Origin: Rhynchobatus australiae
Lineage: Eukaryota
NCBI GenBank assembly: GCA_034780895.1
Contig: JAUZTB010000127.1
Location: 27,405,021-27,469,020 of the forward strand
Direction of reading: 5' to 3'
Length of the DNA: 64,000 nt
Notes under the pieces: model-generated
What the model saw: the letters and a program-made list of their open reading frames with translations, nothing else
The model's database searches: none
Told to the model about the DNA's origin: nothing
Program-made: the position numbers and the translations under genes
Part shown: positions 1-12,625 of the stretch, in pieces
Numbering within the stretch: position 1 is the first letter of the stretch
How the letters are laid out: the number at the start of each line of letters is the position of its first letter

Positions 1-77
1 ATACATGTATGAACATTGATGCTATATACTAATCTGTATTGATTTGAAAACTAATAAAAAAGATTGAAAAAGAAAAG
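1..77 (+). mobile_element. 3' tail of a non-LTR retroelement (L1-like)
   Basis: AATAAA followed by A-rich tail (ctaataaaaaagattgaaaaagaaaa). Confidence 0.35.
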
Positions 78-1179
78 TGTGATTTCACATTGTTGCCAGA
101 TACAATCTAATGATCTGATTGTTATTTCGAGGATGATGTGGTGATAGTTTGCTGCCTGTGCTGACCATTCAACATGACATTGAGTAAGACCAAGTTACAG
201 GTTTTGGAAAGGATGGAGCATAGAGGACATAATGAGGAAACCAAGAAGCTACTGAGTGGAGTACCTCCCAGTTCACTGGCAACGTTGACTCCCCATAGTA
301 ACAGATGCAGGACAGCAAAGTTACAGAAAACTGAATGCGAGTGACATATGGCTATTACAAGCTGCACTGTACCAGGCAGTTTGAAGTGAAGCCCAAAAAA
401 TTGGCAAGGAAATTATTCCATGCTTAGCTTATTAATCCAGTTTTAGGTCTGCTCAATGGTAACTCCAAGCCCAACAGCCTGCTTTCTGATTTTGAGAGGG
501 TGACTGTTTAGGGTGACAGAGACATAGTGTAAAGGTGGATGTCAGCATTATGGAGATTGTAAACACCTGAAAGACTCTCTCCAATGTTTGAGAAACCATA
601 TCCACCAGGATTCTGACTTTAATTTCCTGTTAGTTCCATACTCTAAGTCACAACTTGGAGTTTTGAGAGGTGCAGACATGATCATTTCCAAAGTGTCTTG
701 ATACAGTTTTTGTTCAGTTTGAAAAGGACTGGCAATACCACTAATCACTGCAAGAGGCCCCTGTAGAAATCTACTGAGCTTCCCAGAAGTTGCTTTTGTT
801 TCTGTGACTCCACTCTTGTGACCTCTGCAGCCTCAGGTGAAACACTGACTCCCCAGCAGAGTTAGCAGAGGTTGACAACCCATGAAAAAAAAAGCACAGC
901 TGCTTCCTTTGGCTGGCCCATGCAGGACAATATTCGGGGAGGAGGTTCGGAAGGAGTGTGTTGCGTTGGTGTTATCCACACATGCTTGTGTACTACAGCA
1001 TAATGCATGCATGGAACAGCCAGCTACAATGTCTTGTGCTCAAGAGCACTGGTTCGAACAATGGAATTTTTAGTCTACGTTCTTTGCAAGGGGCCATGCC
1101 AATCAAACAAAGATCTCGCTCTGGATTAGATCTGGTTATAATATGCTAATCAAAGTACAGATTGGAATTATAACTAGAA

Positions 1180-1357
1180 CCTATTTTTCCTTGCACCATC
1201 ATCACTTTAGACATTTAATTCTTTTGCCTATCACCTTTAGTCCTTTCTTCCCTTCCTCCGTTCTCTGCATTTTAATAACTTATTTAATCTCTAACTGATG
1301 AAAAGTCATTGATCTGAAATGTTAACACTACATCCTCCACAGAGACTGCCTCACTCA
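1180..1357 (+). mobile_element. Penelope-type terminal repeat fragment with degenerate hammerhead core
   Basis: CTGATGA(1295-1301)-aaagtcattgatct-GAAA-tgttaac...ctccacagagactgcc, homologous to copies at 31198 and 47248. Confidence 0.55.
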
Positions 1358-2441
1358 CAAAATGACAAGGAATGATGCTCCACCATTGAAAATAGACTTA
1401 ACTCAGAACAACACTGCATCCACCTCTGGGCACCTTGGCATCCTATGAGAATTTCAACCTCTGACATTTCAGTGGGATCTTTGTTAACACTAGAATTCTT
1501 TTCCTGATGTATAACTGCCGCCNNNNNNNNNNNNNNNNNNNNNNNNNNNNNNNNNNNNNNNNNCCAATGTTATTTTCAACCCTACTGATTTGATAAATAA
1601 CTATTCTTATCTATTGTCGGAACAACCAGGATTTTACTGTGTCCCCTGAAACTGAACTATTTGAGGGGGCACAAACTGCATTCTTTGTCTTCAGTGAGAC
1701 AGGTGATCTTCTGCAACCTCAAATGCAGACTCACAAACTGCTTTGTTCAGAGATGTCAGGGCCACAGTCTCTCTCAGCCTCCTTTTAAGGATTATTCCAG
1801 GTTGCTGTGCTCTATGTCACAACTCACAGTTTGTTGCTCACTGTCTTTCAAGCTTTACACTCGGATAGCTCATCTACTTCATCTTCAGCCCACAGGCAGA
1901 ATGGACACAGGGGATTTGATGCCTCTCCGTCGTGCAAGCATTGATTATACTCAGTGGTATTATTCTCTATGGAAGCCTCTCTGGGAGTGCCTGGCTGTAG
2001 TCCAGGTGGCCCTCCTCTGCTCCCCTGAACGAAGAGCATTGCCTTCTCCTGGCTCTAACCTCGGATCTCCTAGGAGCATTCTTGCACTCCCGTCCTGATC
2101 ACATTATCCACTCCTTAAGCAGAAACACTCCCCAGTAGCTTGAAGAGTGCTGCTTACATTTGCTGAGGCCACAATTGATGATCTATATGCCAGCATCTGC
2201 AAAATTCCATGATAGATCAATAGAATTGCGCACACTAAAACTGACACAGTGCAGTGTTACTCAGGGAAACCTGATAACAAATTTCTGGGAACCTTACAAC
2301 TGAAGATCATCACCTTTATGGAATCATTACAAACAACATTAGTGTGACATACAATGCGGTTTTAATGGAACTAAAATGTAATAAAGCAACGTTTAGGTCT
2401 TATACTCACCCATTGCTTTGCAGTAAAAGAGATTTACTTAC

Positions 2442-2645
2442 CCATTAAACTTTGCCTTTCTTCTTTCTTTTTAGCTTTTTGCTTTGCCTCCAGCTGTACA
2501 ATGGATAATGGTGGCGTCATTATCGGGCTTGGCATGGCACTAGCCGCGAACCTGGCTAATAAGCCAAGGCCACTCTCATCCAGGACAGGCGAGGAAAGAC
2601 CATCACTGCAGTCATTCCTATAATCCTCTTCTTCAGAGGTGTAAT
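2442..2645 (-). CDS. TNRC18: TNRC18 coding exon, 204 nt, phase 1-1 (DYTSEEEDY...LDESGLGLLARFAASA...AKKKEERQSLM)
   Basis: Acceptor ttttcaatgtag|AT; donor ATGG|gtaagt; hand translation, absent from the ORF track. Confidence 0.92.
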
Positions 2646-3670
2646 CTACATTGAAAAAAGTGGGAAGTTACTAGCAGTAAAACAATGAACAATAGAGAGT
2701 GGGTTGAAAGTACTGGAGAATGAATCCTATTTGTGGTTTGAGTCTCTTTGTCATCAGTTATGCATCCTTCTTAAGGCTGGAGTAGAAATGTTAAAGTACG
2801 GACAGTTAGACTAAAATTCTTACGATTTTTTATTAAAGAGTAAGACATCCTAATTCCCCATCCAACCCACTCTAGGTTATGTGATATTTGTACTTAAACA
2901 TGAATAGTGTATTGACACTTTGAGGTAAAGGCAGGTATAACTATTAAGGTGCTGAGTGGGTGAAAGATTATCCATTCCTCAGTCACAAGCGATACAAATG
3001 GTGATAAGAATGGAGAGTGACCTTTCTACCTCGGGAATTCCCATTAATGGAACCATATTAAAATACATTTGCCTACATGGACCAACATTCTCCACTCCTC
3101 CAACCCACATTCCCGACATACAAATTTCACAGTACATAAATATAAAACAGATAAGAAATTAAATAACTTTGTGTGAAGGAATTCCATAATGCAAATCTTA
3201 TTTAGTCCTTTGACTGTTGGTAGCTATCAGATGGGCACCTTTTAGTCCAAGGATTAAATTTACAGATGTGTTTTACATTCACGTACCATCTCACAGAGAC
3301 ATCAACATTCATTTTCTTTTCTTTGACTTACATTCTATGCATATTTTAAAATATTTGCACCACTCGATGAAATTTTACTGGTTAACAGCAATTTTTGGTG
3401 GTTTTGCTTTGAAATGTTACAGAAAGTTTAGACCTACTAAACAGTGCAAGATTGGTTAGGGAAAAGTAAAGTTAAGAAAGCCGACTGTTAGCAGCACCTT
3501 TATTATTTCAGGAGATATCGAGCAGCGTAAGTATGTTAAGCAAAGAAAGCTTTCTTCTGAGCATGTAGTTCTCAGAGAAACACATCACAGCTTATTGGTA
3601 AAAGCAAGCAAGCCTACTGCGCACAAAGGAGGCTGTGTGTAGGCAGACTTCGAACAGTTTTGGGTCTTTT

Positions 3671-3684
3671 GTTGTCATGGTAAC
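3671..3684. promoter_or_regulatory. RFX X-box-like palindrome
   Basis: GTTGTCATGGTAAC versus canonical GTTGCCATGGCAAC (12/14). Confidence 0.35.
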
Positions 3685-5561
3685 AATTTATATATTTTAT
3701 CACAACAATATCTTTAATTGCAACAGCAAAAGGGATATTTGCTTCTCCAAAACATTAAAATTTAAATATGCTTGTATAGGTACAACTTATTAAACAAAAA
3801 AAAATGACAAGTCAGAGTTCATAGGTCACATGAAAAAAAGTGGTTTTCCTACCTACATAACAAAGTGCAAGCTTCTGCTGCCATGGAAAGTGACCCCACT
3901 GAGTGGTGTCTGCCCTACTCCCAGCCAATCACTTTGCTTCTTAGTGCAGCACGAGAGCAATGCAAGATACCGATAGACATTCAAGCATCATGGATAGGGG
4001 GTCAAAGGTGAAGGGGTGTCAAGCAGCTGCAAGGAGAAAGCGAGCAATCTAGAAAAGCCAGTTATTGTTTTAGTACTGACATTAGGGGACAGCCATAAAG
4101 AACCCTATTACCCAAATATCCCTTAAGGCAATTAGTAACATATTTTGCCCTTCAATAACAATACCAGGCAACCCTTCTCTGACCTTTTGTAGGCAACATT
4201 TCAAAAATTTCAAGAAAGCAACTTCACTATCAATGTACCATTGCCAATTATATGAAAACCCAGTGATCCTACTCCTCTCTTGCTTGTGCTGTTGAGTTTA
4301 CAAACATCCTGCCGCATTCAAGCAGAATATGTTAAACTCTAAATCCTTTACGGCCACATTGCTTGATCTCACAGCCCTGAATAAATCCACATGCACATAT
4401 GGTGGGCTGTTTTCCTAAGACAGACCAGCAGAAATGATCAATTCATTGCCACGGCAAGGACACTGTCTAGTACAGAGTCTATTGATTTGGCTGGTTGTTA
4501 TAAGATGTGTTAATGCAACCAGGCATTAATGGATTTTGGCACAGTGTCAACTGCAAAACCTGAACTTGCTGGTGAAGCTCTACTGGATTTCCCANNNNNN
4601 NNNNNNNNNNNNNNNNNNNNNNNNNNNNNNNNNNNNNNNNNNNNNNNNNNNNNNNNNNNNNNNNNNNNNNNNNNNNNNNNNNNNNNNNNNNNNNATGAAG
4701 AAAGACCACTGGATTATTTACAACTGGCATTGCTTCCTTTGTGAAGGTTCAAGAATAGTTTACATCCCAAATATGTTAAAAAATGAATACCCAAAGATTT
4801 AGGCTCAGTGAACCTCAGCCATTCTCACAGAACTGTATCATCCAGGAGTATACAATTTTGTTCAAATGGATGAGCAAAAGATTTAGATTTGATTTGCTTC
4901 TTTAAGGAGTATTCTTGTCTTTATTTAATATTCCATTATTTCCAGTTCATTTTGATCTGAAGCTAGTCCTGATTTTAGTTCAGAGTGATATTCTGGATAA
5001 TGTTATGACTAGCACTTAACTAAAAATAATTTGCCCTTTCCTACTACCTTAAACTAGCATTACAAATCGTAACCTTTTGCTCAGCCAAGTTCAAGTGTCT
5101 AGCCAACTGTTGACCATTGCCATTTAAAAAAAGACAAAATGGCTTCCGGCAATGGGTTCTAGCCTTCTGAAGATTTCATGTGGTTGCTTGCTGTTATGTC
5201 TCCACCTAGTCCTAATGCAAGTCCAGTTCTGTGAATTCGGGTATTTGCAGCAACCATGTTGATACAAAAGATGCACCTTGCTCAACAAAATACCCTCCTG
5301 TTCCCATTCAATTAGATTTGCCTCATTACACAGAAGGGACTTGCCTCTGAAAACAAAAAAAATGATTCAACAAACTCGGTGTATAAATGAGTTGGAATAT
5401 CTACACTCTGGAACAGAATAGAGGCGCAAAATACTGATACAAAGTGGGCAGCGATTAATTTAGATTCACCATTTTTATAAAAAAGGCATTCGCCCCCAAA
5501 TCTCCCTTGGAATGATACTATTTAAACAACAGAGCTTTAAGATATTAATACAGTTTACACA

Positions 5562-5567
5562 TTTATT
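5562..5567 (-). promoter_or_regulatory. candidate intronic polyadenylation signal
   Basis: Minus-strand AATAAA with upstream TGTA motifs and a downstream GT/T-rich element (ctgttgttt); second AATAAA at 5864-5869. Confidence 0.35.
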
Positions 5568-7106
5568 TCTTTAAATTATCATGTACAGAATTTTTTTTGT
5601 TCCAAAAAAAACAGTACACATAAACTTTCAACCTCTCCAAGCTTATCAGGGGATAAGGTGAATATCAGGCAACTGCTTTCAAACTGTGACATAATTTTAC
5701 AACTGGTGTGACAGTTGTCTCAAAATACATCATCGGCCCAACAAAAGAATCAAACTGTCAAATTTTTAAAAAATCTATAAGATCCCATCTTAAGTTAAAA
5801 AGTTACATCTTTTTCAGTTTAACTTAAATTTAACATGATTACAGAACTGCTGTTAAATGGCCTTTTATTGTACTGGAAAACCAGTTTGCTACACCAAAAC
5901 TTTGAAAATATCTGGGAAACGAGCTCATGAAAGCCCAGTGTCTCCAGATACTCAGTTACAAAGGACAATGACAATTTAAAACTGGGAATACAGGGAAGTA
6001 CAGTTACTCTGCATATTTAACATATTCTGGCAACATTATACTACACTCAGGCTGTTCAATCCAATGTATACTGAACATAACCAATGATTAAAATTCCACA
6101 ATGTCACTATTGACTTGAAACTTTCTAAATCCTTCAAATTGGTTAAATATATTAATTAGATCTTTCATAGGGTTCAACAAATGACACGCTAATAATTGTT
6201 CCTGTATATGAGTCCCCACCCAATGCTACATAATATTCTGGTTTCCATTGGGGGCGTTTGCTGAGTGCTTCAGTAAATGCAGATGCAGCCTTATTTAATC
6301 AGCCCAAGCAGAAAATGCCAATCAACTCCAGAGGAGAATATTCAAGCTCTGATGCTTCCGCATACATCTTTCATTTTGTGGCTTTGGGAAAAGTTTGAAC
6401 CAATAAAACAGAAAATGAAGAAACAAAAAAAGGAATATTGAAATTATTGGATATTCAAGGATGTATTAGAAACTAGAGGAGGCGATACCAGCAAGCTTCT
6501 AAGAAATGAAGACAAAGAAAACCAACATTGCTGCATTTCCTACAAACAGCCTGACATGAAAGGGATATCTGAATAATAGAGTGTTCTATTGCAAGTGGGA
6601 ATGAAGTGAAATGCCCTTTCATCTATTAGAAGGAGACTATATTTAAAAAAAATTAAAAGCAGATGCAAAGCAAGAGAGACGAAGCACGCTCATTTAGTTA
6701 AAAAAGAAATTAACATGTTTAATTAAGCTTCAGCACCAAATTGCAGTACAAACATTGGGAAAACACACACACGCACACAAAGTATTCAATTTACAATTCC
6801 AGTGGTTCATTGCAGCCTCTCAAGAGGCCAATGCCAAGGAAAAAAAGGACTTAGGAATTAGCCTANNNNNNNNNNNNNNNNNNNNNNNNNNNNNNNNNNN
6901 NNNNNNNNNNNNNNNNNNNNNNNNNNNNNNNNNNNNNNNNNNNNNNNNNNNNNNNNNNNNNNNNNAGCCTATTAGATACAGGCTCCAAAAGAGCCAATAT
7001 TTAATACATCACAGTTAGAAAAGGGCAGCCTACACTGCCAAATTCCAGATGGTCACTACTTTGCACCATCATTTTCTTTCAACACCTGAGGTTTACTTCT
7101 ATTAAC

Positions 7107-7412
7107 CTTGATTGAATGAGTCCTCCGAACTGTCAGTGAAGGAGGATCCAGCCTCAGCTTCCTCCAGCAGCATGGCAAAGTGCTTCAGTTTTTTCTTGTC
7201 TGTCGCTCGCTGTGATCGCACAGTCCCGGTGGCAGAAGCAAGTCTTTTGGCCTGCTTTGTGCCCAGTGAAGCCTTGCTTTTCTTTGATATTATGCCATAG
7301 AGAGCAGGTGCCTTCTGCTTGGAGCCCGATCGCTCGGACATACTTGAGGTGGACTGCAGTGGCCATTCATTCTTTCCCAACTCCTCCTCATCCTCATCCT
7401 CTGTGTCAGTAT
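7107..7412 (-). CDS. TNRC18: TNRC18 coding exon, 306 nt, phase 1-1 (NTDTEDEDEEE...AGSSFTDSSEDSFNQ)
   Basis: Acceptor ccactgcag|AT; weak donor CAAG|gttaat; lies in ORF 7102..7446. Confidence 0.9.
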
Positions 7413-7569
7413 CTGCAGTGGTAAAGGTAGCACTCAGTGTCACCACTTACAGCCTCAGCATACCACAGTATTGTGAAAGAAACATAAATGGCAAGTGACC
7501 AGGTTTCCTTAAGTTGCCAAATGCCTGACAATGGGGTTGCAGTAGATAAGATGCCAACGTTCACTAGCC

Positions 7570-7800
7570 AATAAGAAGTCATTGCCTATAATTTGTTGCC
7601 TCAGTTTTAAATTCTCAAGCTTGCATTCAGAACCCTCCCTGGCGTCATCCTTCCCAACCTCTGAAACCTCCTCCATCCCTGTTACAATCTGCACTGTTAT
7701 GCTCAAACATTCCTCCCAAAGCTCTCCACGCCCGCTCCTTGTAGGGTACCTTAAAATCCATCTGTTTGACCAAGTTTTATTCATATGTGTTAACATTTCC
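7570..7800 (+). mobile_element. degenerate L2-like LINE 3' fragment
   Basis: Resembles the L2 ORF2 end (tttaaattctc...ccatccct...cattcctcccaaagctctcc...ccttaaaatccatctgtttgaccaag); inverse of relic at 31545-32150. Confidence 0.45.
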
Positions 7801-9690
7801 TTTTGTGGCTTGGAGTCCAATTTTGTTTGTTAATATNNNNNNNNNNNNNNNNNNNNNNNNNNNNNNNNNNNNNNNNNNNNNNNNNNNNNNNNNNNNNNNN
7901 NNNNNNNNNNNNNNNNNNNNNNNNNNNNNNNNNNNNTGTTAATATGTTGAGTAAATTGTTTGGGATATTGTGTTTTGAGAAATTTGCAATATAAATGCAA
8001 CTTGTTGTAATGATGGCAAGAGATAGATTAGTAGAATGAATATATTACGATTATTTTTATATGTGCAGTATAGCTCTGTAAAACTAATCTTGTTTGCTAA
8101 TACATGGAAGAAAGAATTATACTCAATGCCATTCAAGCAGTTTTTTTCCCAGTTAAACCTTCCAATTAGGTTGGACCAATGAAAACCAACAGAACTAATG
8201 GGTAATTCACATATTTTTCCAGCTTGTTTATGCTCCTCTCCAAGTGCAAGTTCATTTTAGAGTAAGGCTCTGATCTTCTCCCAATAAACCTATCACAAAA
8301 ATGGCATTATTTCTCTGTCAGCCAGGAAAGTGATATGCATCACAATTGCACCCATTCCTCTCCTCACCATAATGTCCATACACACATAGATCCCGTTCAG
8401 GTCACTAGGGAGAGGCTAGAAGTGGAAGCAGGGATTGATTTGCCCTTTCTTCCTCAGCACAGGGAGACTGAAGCCAACTGTTAGCCTCTCTCCTGCCCCT
8501 ACAGGCAAGGGACAGGAGGATATCAAACCTGCCAGCTTGTCTTGCGCACTGACCAACACATTTATTTCCCAAAGTCACCAGGTCAGATAGTTCTGCTAAA
8601 AATGACAACTATCAGCAATCTAGTGATGACTATTATCTTATTATGTCGTCACAATGAGGTCACTAAAAGTAACAGCACAAGCAGATGGACATAATGTTCA
8701 AGACAAATGCAGTAGCCAAACAATTTTGGGATCAATCACAAGATTTTGGCTAATTGCATTGGCTTTTTTTTAAGTTTTAACATCAGTCATTGGACAGCAA
8801 CAATTAAAAAAAACCTCCAGTGATTACTCAGACCCACAGAACAAAGTGATTGTAGACACTTAATGCATTATCTGCTCAGACACAAAGAATGACACAAGCA
8901 GCATCCTGATGCTTGGGGTGGATTTTCAACTTGCTGATCAGCTGATAGAGAAGCCAATCAACTTTTCATTCACAAGGATTTCAGAGGAAATGAAAATCAT
9001 CTAGTCCTTTAAAAGCTGTCTGATCTGCAACAGTAACTCGACAGCCAGTGCAGTGAGTCTCAAATTGATCCAAGATTAAAACAGATCAGGGTAGTTGGGT
9101 TGGAAGCTACTTTCTACATCTGGGCAGAATCATACCAAACCTTGGAATGTTAATACTGGCTGCAAAATGGGAAAGTATTTCATTCCCAGTGCTGGCATCC
9201 ATTAACTTGAAAATGAAACACACACAGAATCACCAAAACCAAATCAGCAATATAATTATTTTAAGGAACTTCCAAAAGCAGTGTCAGTTTCATAGGATGC
9301 ATTTTGCACTACAAGGCACTCATGATCTAACCTCAACTGAGACTCTTAAACATAGACTAGTATGAAGCGAGACTGAGCATTTCATCTAAATGTGCAGGGT
9401 ACTTTTTTATACATCAGGGAGACTTTGAATTTTTTGACTCTGCATTTCCACATGCAGTAATCAAATCTCTTTTCGGATAATAACAGACTTTGTTTTGGAT
9501 CCTTCTAACGTAGGGATAATNNNNNNNNNNNNNNNNNNNNNNNNNNNNNNNNNNNNNNNNNNNNNNNNNNNNNNNNNNNNNNNNNNNNNNNNNNNNNNNN
9601 NNNNNNNNNNNNNNNNNNNNACGTAGGGATAATGTAGGGTATAGAAATCCGAGAAATATACTTCAAGTAATTGGGAAAAATGGAACTTAC

Positions 9691-10066
9691 TGTAGGAGTA
9701 ACTGCTGACCTCAGATCTCGCTGGAGAATGGGATGCCTTCAGCCTACCCTTGATCTTTGAACTTGACTCCAACTTCCTGCCTTTGACTGTCATTTTGTTT
9801 TTATTTTCTTTGGAAGAGAGCATGCTTGGTGAGCCACCAATGCTTTTATGCAATGTCTTCCTTCCATCCTTCCCCAAAAAGTCTTCATGAGATGCCAAGT
9901 GCCTACAGCTGTCTGTCGTGCTGCATTTCTGTTTCCCCGTCGAGCCATCTGCAAACTTAAAGGGTGACTTTAATTTAGTTAGCGAGAGGGTTTGATGCAG
10001 CTTGGTTGCCAGTTGATCCTGTTCACTGACCTTCCTCTTCTTCTTGAACTTAATCTGGCCGTGACT
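9691..10066 (-). CDS. TNRC18: TNRC18 coding exon, 376 nt, phase 0-1, Lys-rich (SHGQIKFKKKRKVSEQDQLATKL...SEVSSYSY)
   Basis: Acceptor acccaacag|AGT; donor TACA|gtaagt; in frame with ORF 9461..9898. Confidence 0.88.
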
Positions 10067-10663
10067 CTGTTGGGTTTAAAGTAACAGGAGATCAGAAGTT
10101 AATTGATTTCAACATACTGGCATCCTCAGTAACAGTAGGAGCAAAAAGGTACACTCGAGGAGAACAGGACATTGGATTGTCATTCCTACATAATCACTTT
10201 GTGGCTGGTAACAACGGAACACCACTCAATGTTCTTGCAAATGACTGGGTTTTGACCATCTGTGCATTATTGTTAATAGTTCTGAGTTTCAAATCTCAAT
10301 TGTTTCCTCAATTAGAAAGCTGGGATTGCTCTTCTTAGAGCAGAGAACATTGAGGAGACACTTAACAATGACCTTCGGCACATTAGGGATTTTGTGGAGA
10401 GAAAACTTTGATTTCTTCAATATTTTTCAAAGGAATATACAAANNNNNNNNNNTAATGTTTGATGATAGTATATGTAAAGTCTGATCAAAATATTCTAGA
10501 GTCTTTAATAATTTAGATGAGTGTGGTTATCGATGGATTTAAATTTCCACAGCATTCTCTTCTTTTAGCACTTGGGATCAAAGAGACACACTGCACTTGC
10601 TAAAAGCTTTGCTCCTATTGCAATTAAATACCAACTAAGTTAAGGTCAATATTTTAACTGCCA

Positions 10664-11215
10664 GCCATGGCTCAGTTGTCTACACTTCACTCTCTGTCAG
10701 TTGTTGAAGATACAAATCCAGCCTCACAAACTATGATATGTAACCTAGGCTGACATTCCAATACAGTANNNNNNNNNNNNNNNNNNNNNNNNNNNNNNNN
10801 NNNNNNNNNNNNNNNNNNNNNNNNNNNNNNNNNNNNNNNNNNNNNNNNNNNNNNNNNNNNNNNNNNNNACAGTATTGAGAGGGTGCTGCAATGTCAAATG
10901 AGGCAGTAAACTGAGGTTCTTTCTGTATTCATGAGGTGGTGGAAAAATGACCATGTAGTAATAATTAAGGAAAGAAAAGTTAGCTTTCTCAGTGATCTCG
11001 TGACGCACTCCTGGCTGACATATTTTGTTTAAACAACCTCACTAAAATATATATCTTGTCATTTTTTTCATTATTTTTGTGGAACCTGAGCACAATGGCT
11101 GCTGAATCTCCTACATTAGAGCTGTGACTGCACAAAAGGACATCACTGGCTAAAAAGCCCTTTATAGGATATTCTGAGATCTTCAAAGATGCAATGTACA
11201 TGCAACTTCCTTCCT
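10664..11215 (+). mobile_element. DeuSINE (SacSINE1-like) copy, interrupted by a gap
   Basis: tRNA-like head (tggctcagttg), ctaggctgac...cagta.tgag...gtgctgca core, atggctgctg...cctacatt...gtgact, tail atgcaacttccttcc; shared with other copies in the window. Confidence 0.6.
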
Positions 11216-12450
11216 CATTCAAGAAGTGGGATGTGAAGGTTGTCATTTTTCCTTTGTCACATTTGTGAGATAGTCCCATTGGTATTTGGCATCAGCTGGC
11301 ATACTGTGCTAGTGTTCATGAAAGAGAGAGAATGTGCTCTTTTTTCACTTGTATATTTATCATCTTTCATAGGATATCTCTTCTGATAGCCAGCAGTCAG
11401 AAACTGCATCATATTTCCTTTGAAAAACTGCTGATATTCTTTTTTTTATTTTCAGAAGAGCATCGAATAATAAAAACATTGCTGAAACATTCTCTCCGTT
11501 TGCTATTGGCTGACAAGTCAGAAATGTCGGCTTCAAACTTGCGCTCAGGATTTTCTTATAGGTAAAGAAATGAGAAATGATTTCCAAACTACAAACAGTA
11601 AGCAGAGGAACTGTGTCAGAGGGAATTTTCATACCTGGAGGAATCTCCTCTCTGCAAACAACATTAGAAAATGAAATTTTTATCAAATTGGTTCTTCTGA
11701 TTTAAGCAACCTGACCAATAGCTGCCTTCCAATATGAGAAATACATGCAGGAGAATGATAAGGATATGAAGGCAACCATTATTAAAATCTATAACCTCAA
11801 ATGAGCTATGATATCTGTGCAATCATTTAATTGCTACATGCTGTTTATTTTAAATATTCATTGGTTAGGAGCAGCTCCAAGACAATTTAGATGTAATTTT
11901 AACATGGCATTGTGGTGCAAATGACTTTGAAAGTAAAGAATATCACACGAGTTGTATAATGGGCAACCAATTAGTTTACTATTTTAAACCACTGTATAAA
12001 GTAAACACAAGCCAATTTGAATTGTAATTTTCTTGACAAAGTTCACCTCATTCAAACAATGAATAGGAATAATGAATTATGATGAGACCAGTATGTCAAC
12101 AGGCACAACTTCATACAACATCTTTTCATGGACCCCCATCCCTGATACGATATTCTTTTAAAAATGGTATTTTTAAAAATGGACAGTTGCAAAACAGTGT
12201 CTGTTTTTTTTCTGGACTGCATTTACACACATTGCATTCACACCACACACTTCCATCAAGTCATAATCAAATTAATTGAAGAGTAACTTTAATGATTTTA
12301 TCATTTCAGAAGTGCTGTTAGCCGACTTGGTTGAACAAAAAGCTGGGATTACTGAACTATGATTGTAAAAAATGGGACACCAAGTGAGGCAATAGTTTAA
12401 AAATGGATCATCAGGTCATCTCCAAAGCAGCCTCGCTTCCCAAGACTCAC

Positions 12451-12625
12451 CTCATGTGAAAAGCTTGAAGATGCGTCCTGCTCGTCCCACATTCGGTTTC
12501 TCCTTTTTACTTTCACACTCACACTTTCTGTCTCATCCTCTTCATCCTGGTTCACAGTCCTTGCTTTCTTTTTGGCCCCATCGCCCATCTCCAACTCATC
12601 TGACAGCAAGAAGCCCTTGCCGTGC
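12451..12625 (-). CDS. TNRC18: TNRC18 coding exon, 175 nt, phase 2-0 (HGKGFLLSDELE...SSFSHE)
   Basis: Acceptor gattaccag|G; donor GAG|gtgagt; lies in ORF 12397..12714. Confidence 0.87.

Noticed and set aside
122-2200. Short ORFs in GC-richer intronic sequence (also 4479-4802 and 41197-42222)
   Set aside because: No recognisable protein motifs or consistent splice structure; may be very old repeats, but I cannot assign them.
3512-3526. Plus-strand ttcag|GAGATATCGAGCAGC|gtaagt microexon-like pattern
   Set aside because: Antisense to TNRC18 with no other evidence for a plus-strand gene; expected by chance in 64 kb.
9624-9643. TAGGGATAAtgtagggtata resembling an I-SceI site
   Set aside because: Only the first 9 bp match TAGGGATAACAGGGTAAT; no vector context; chance.
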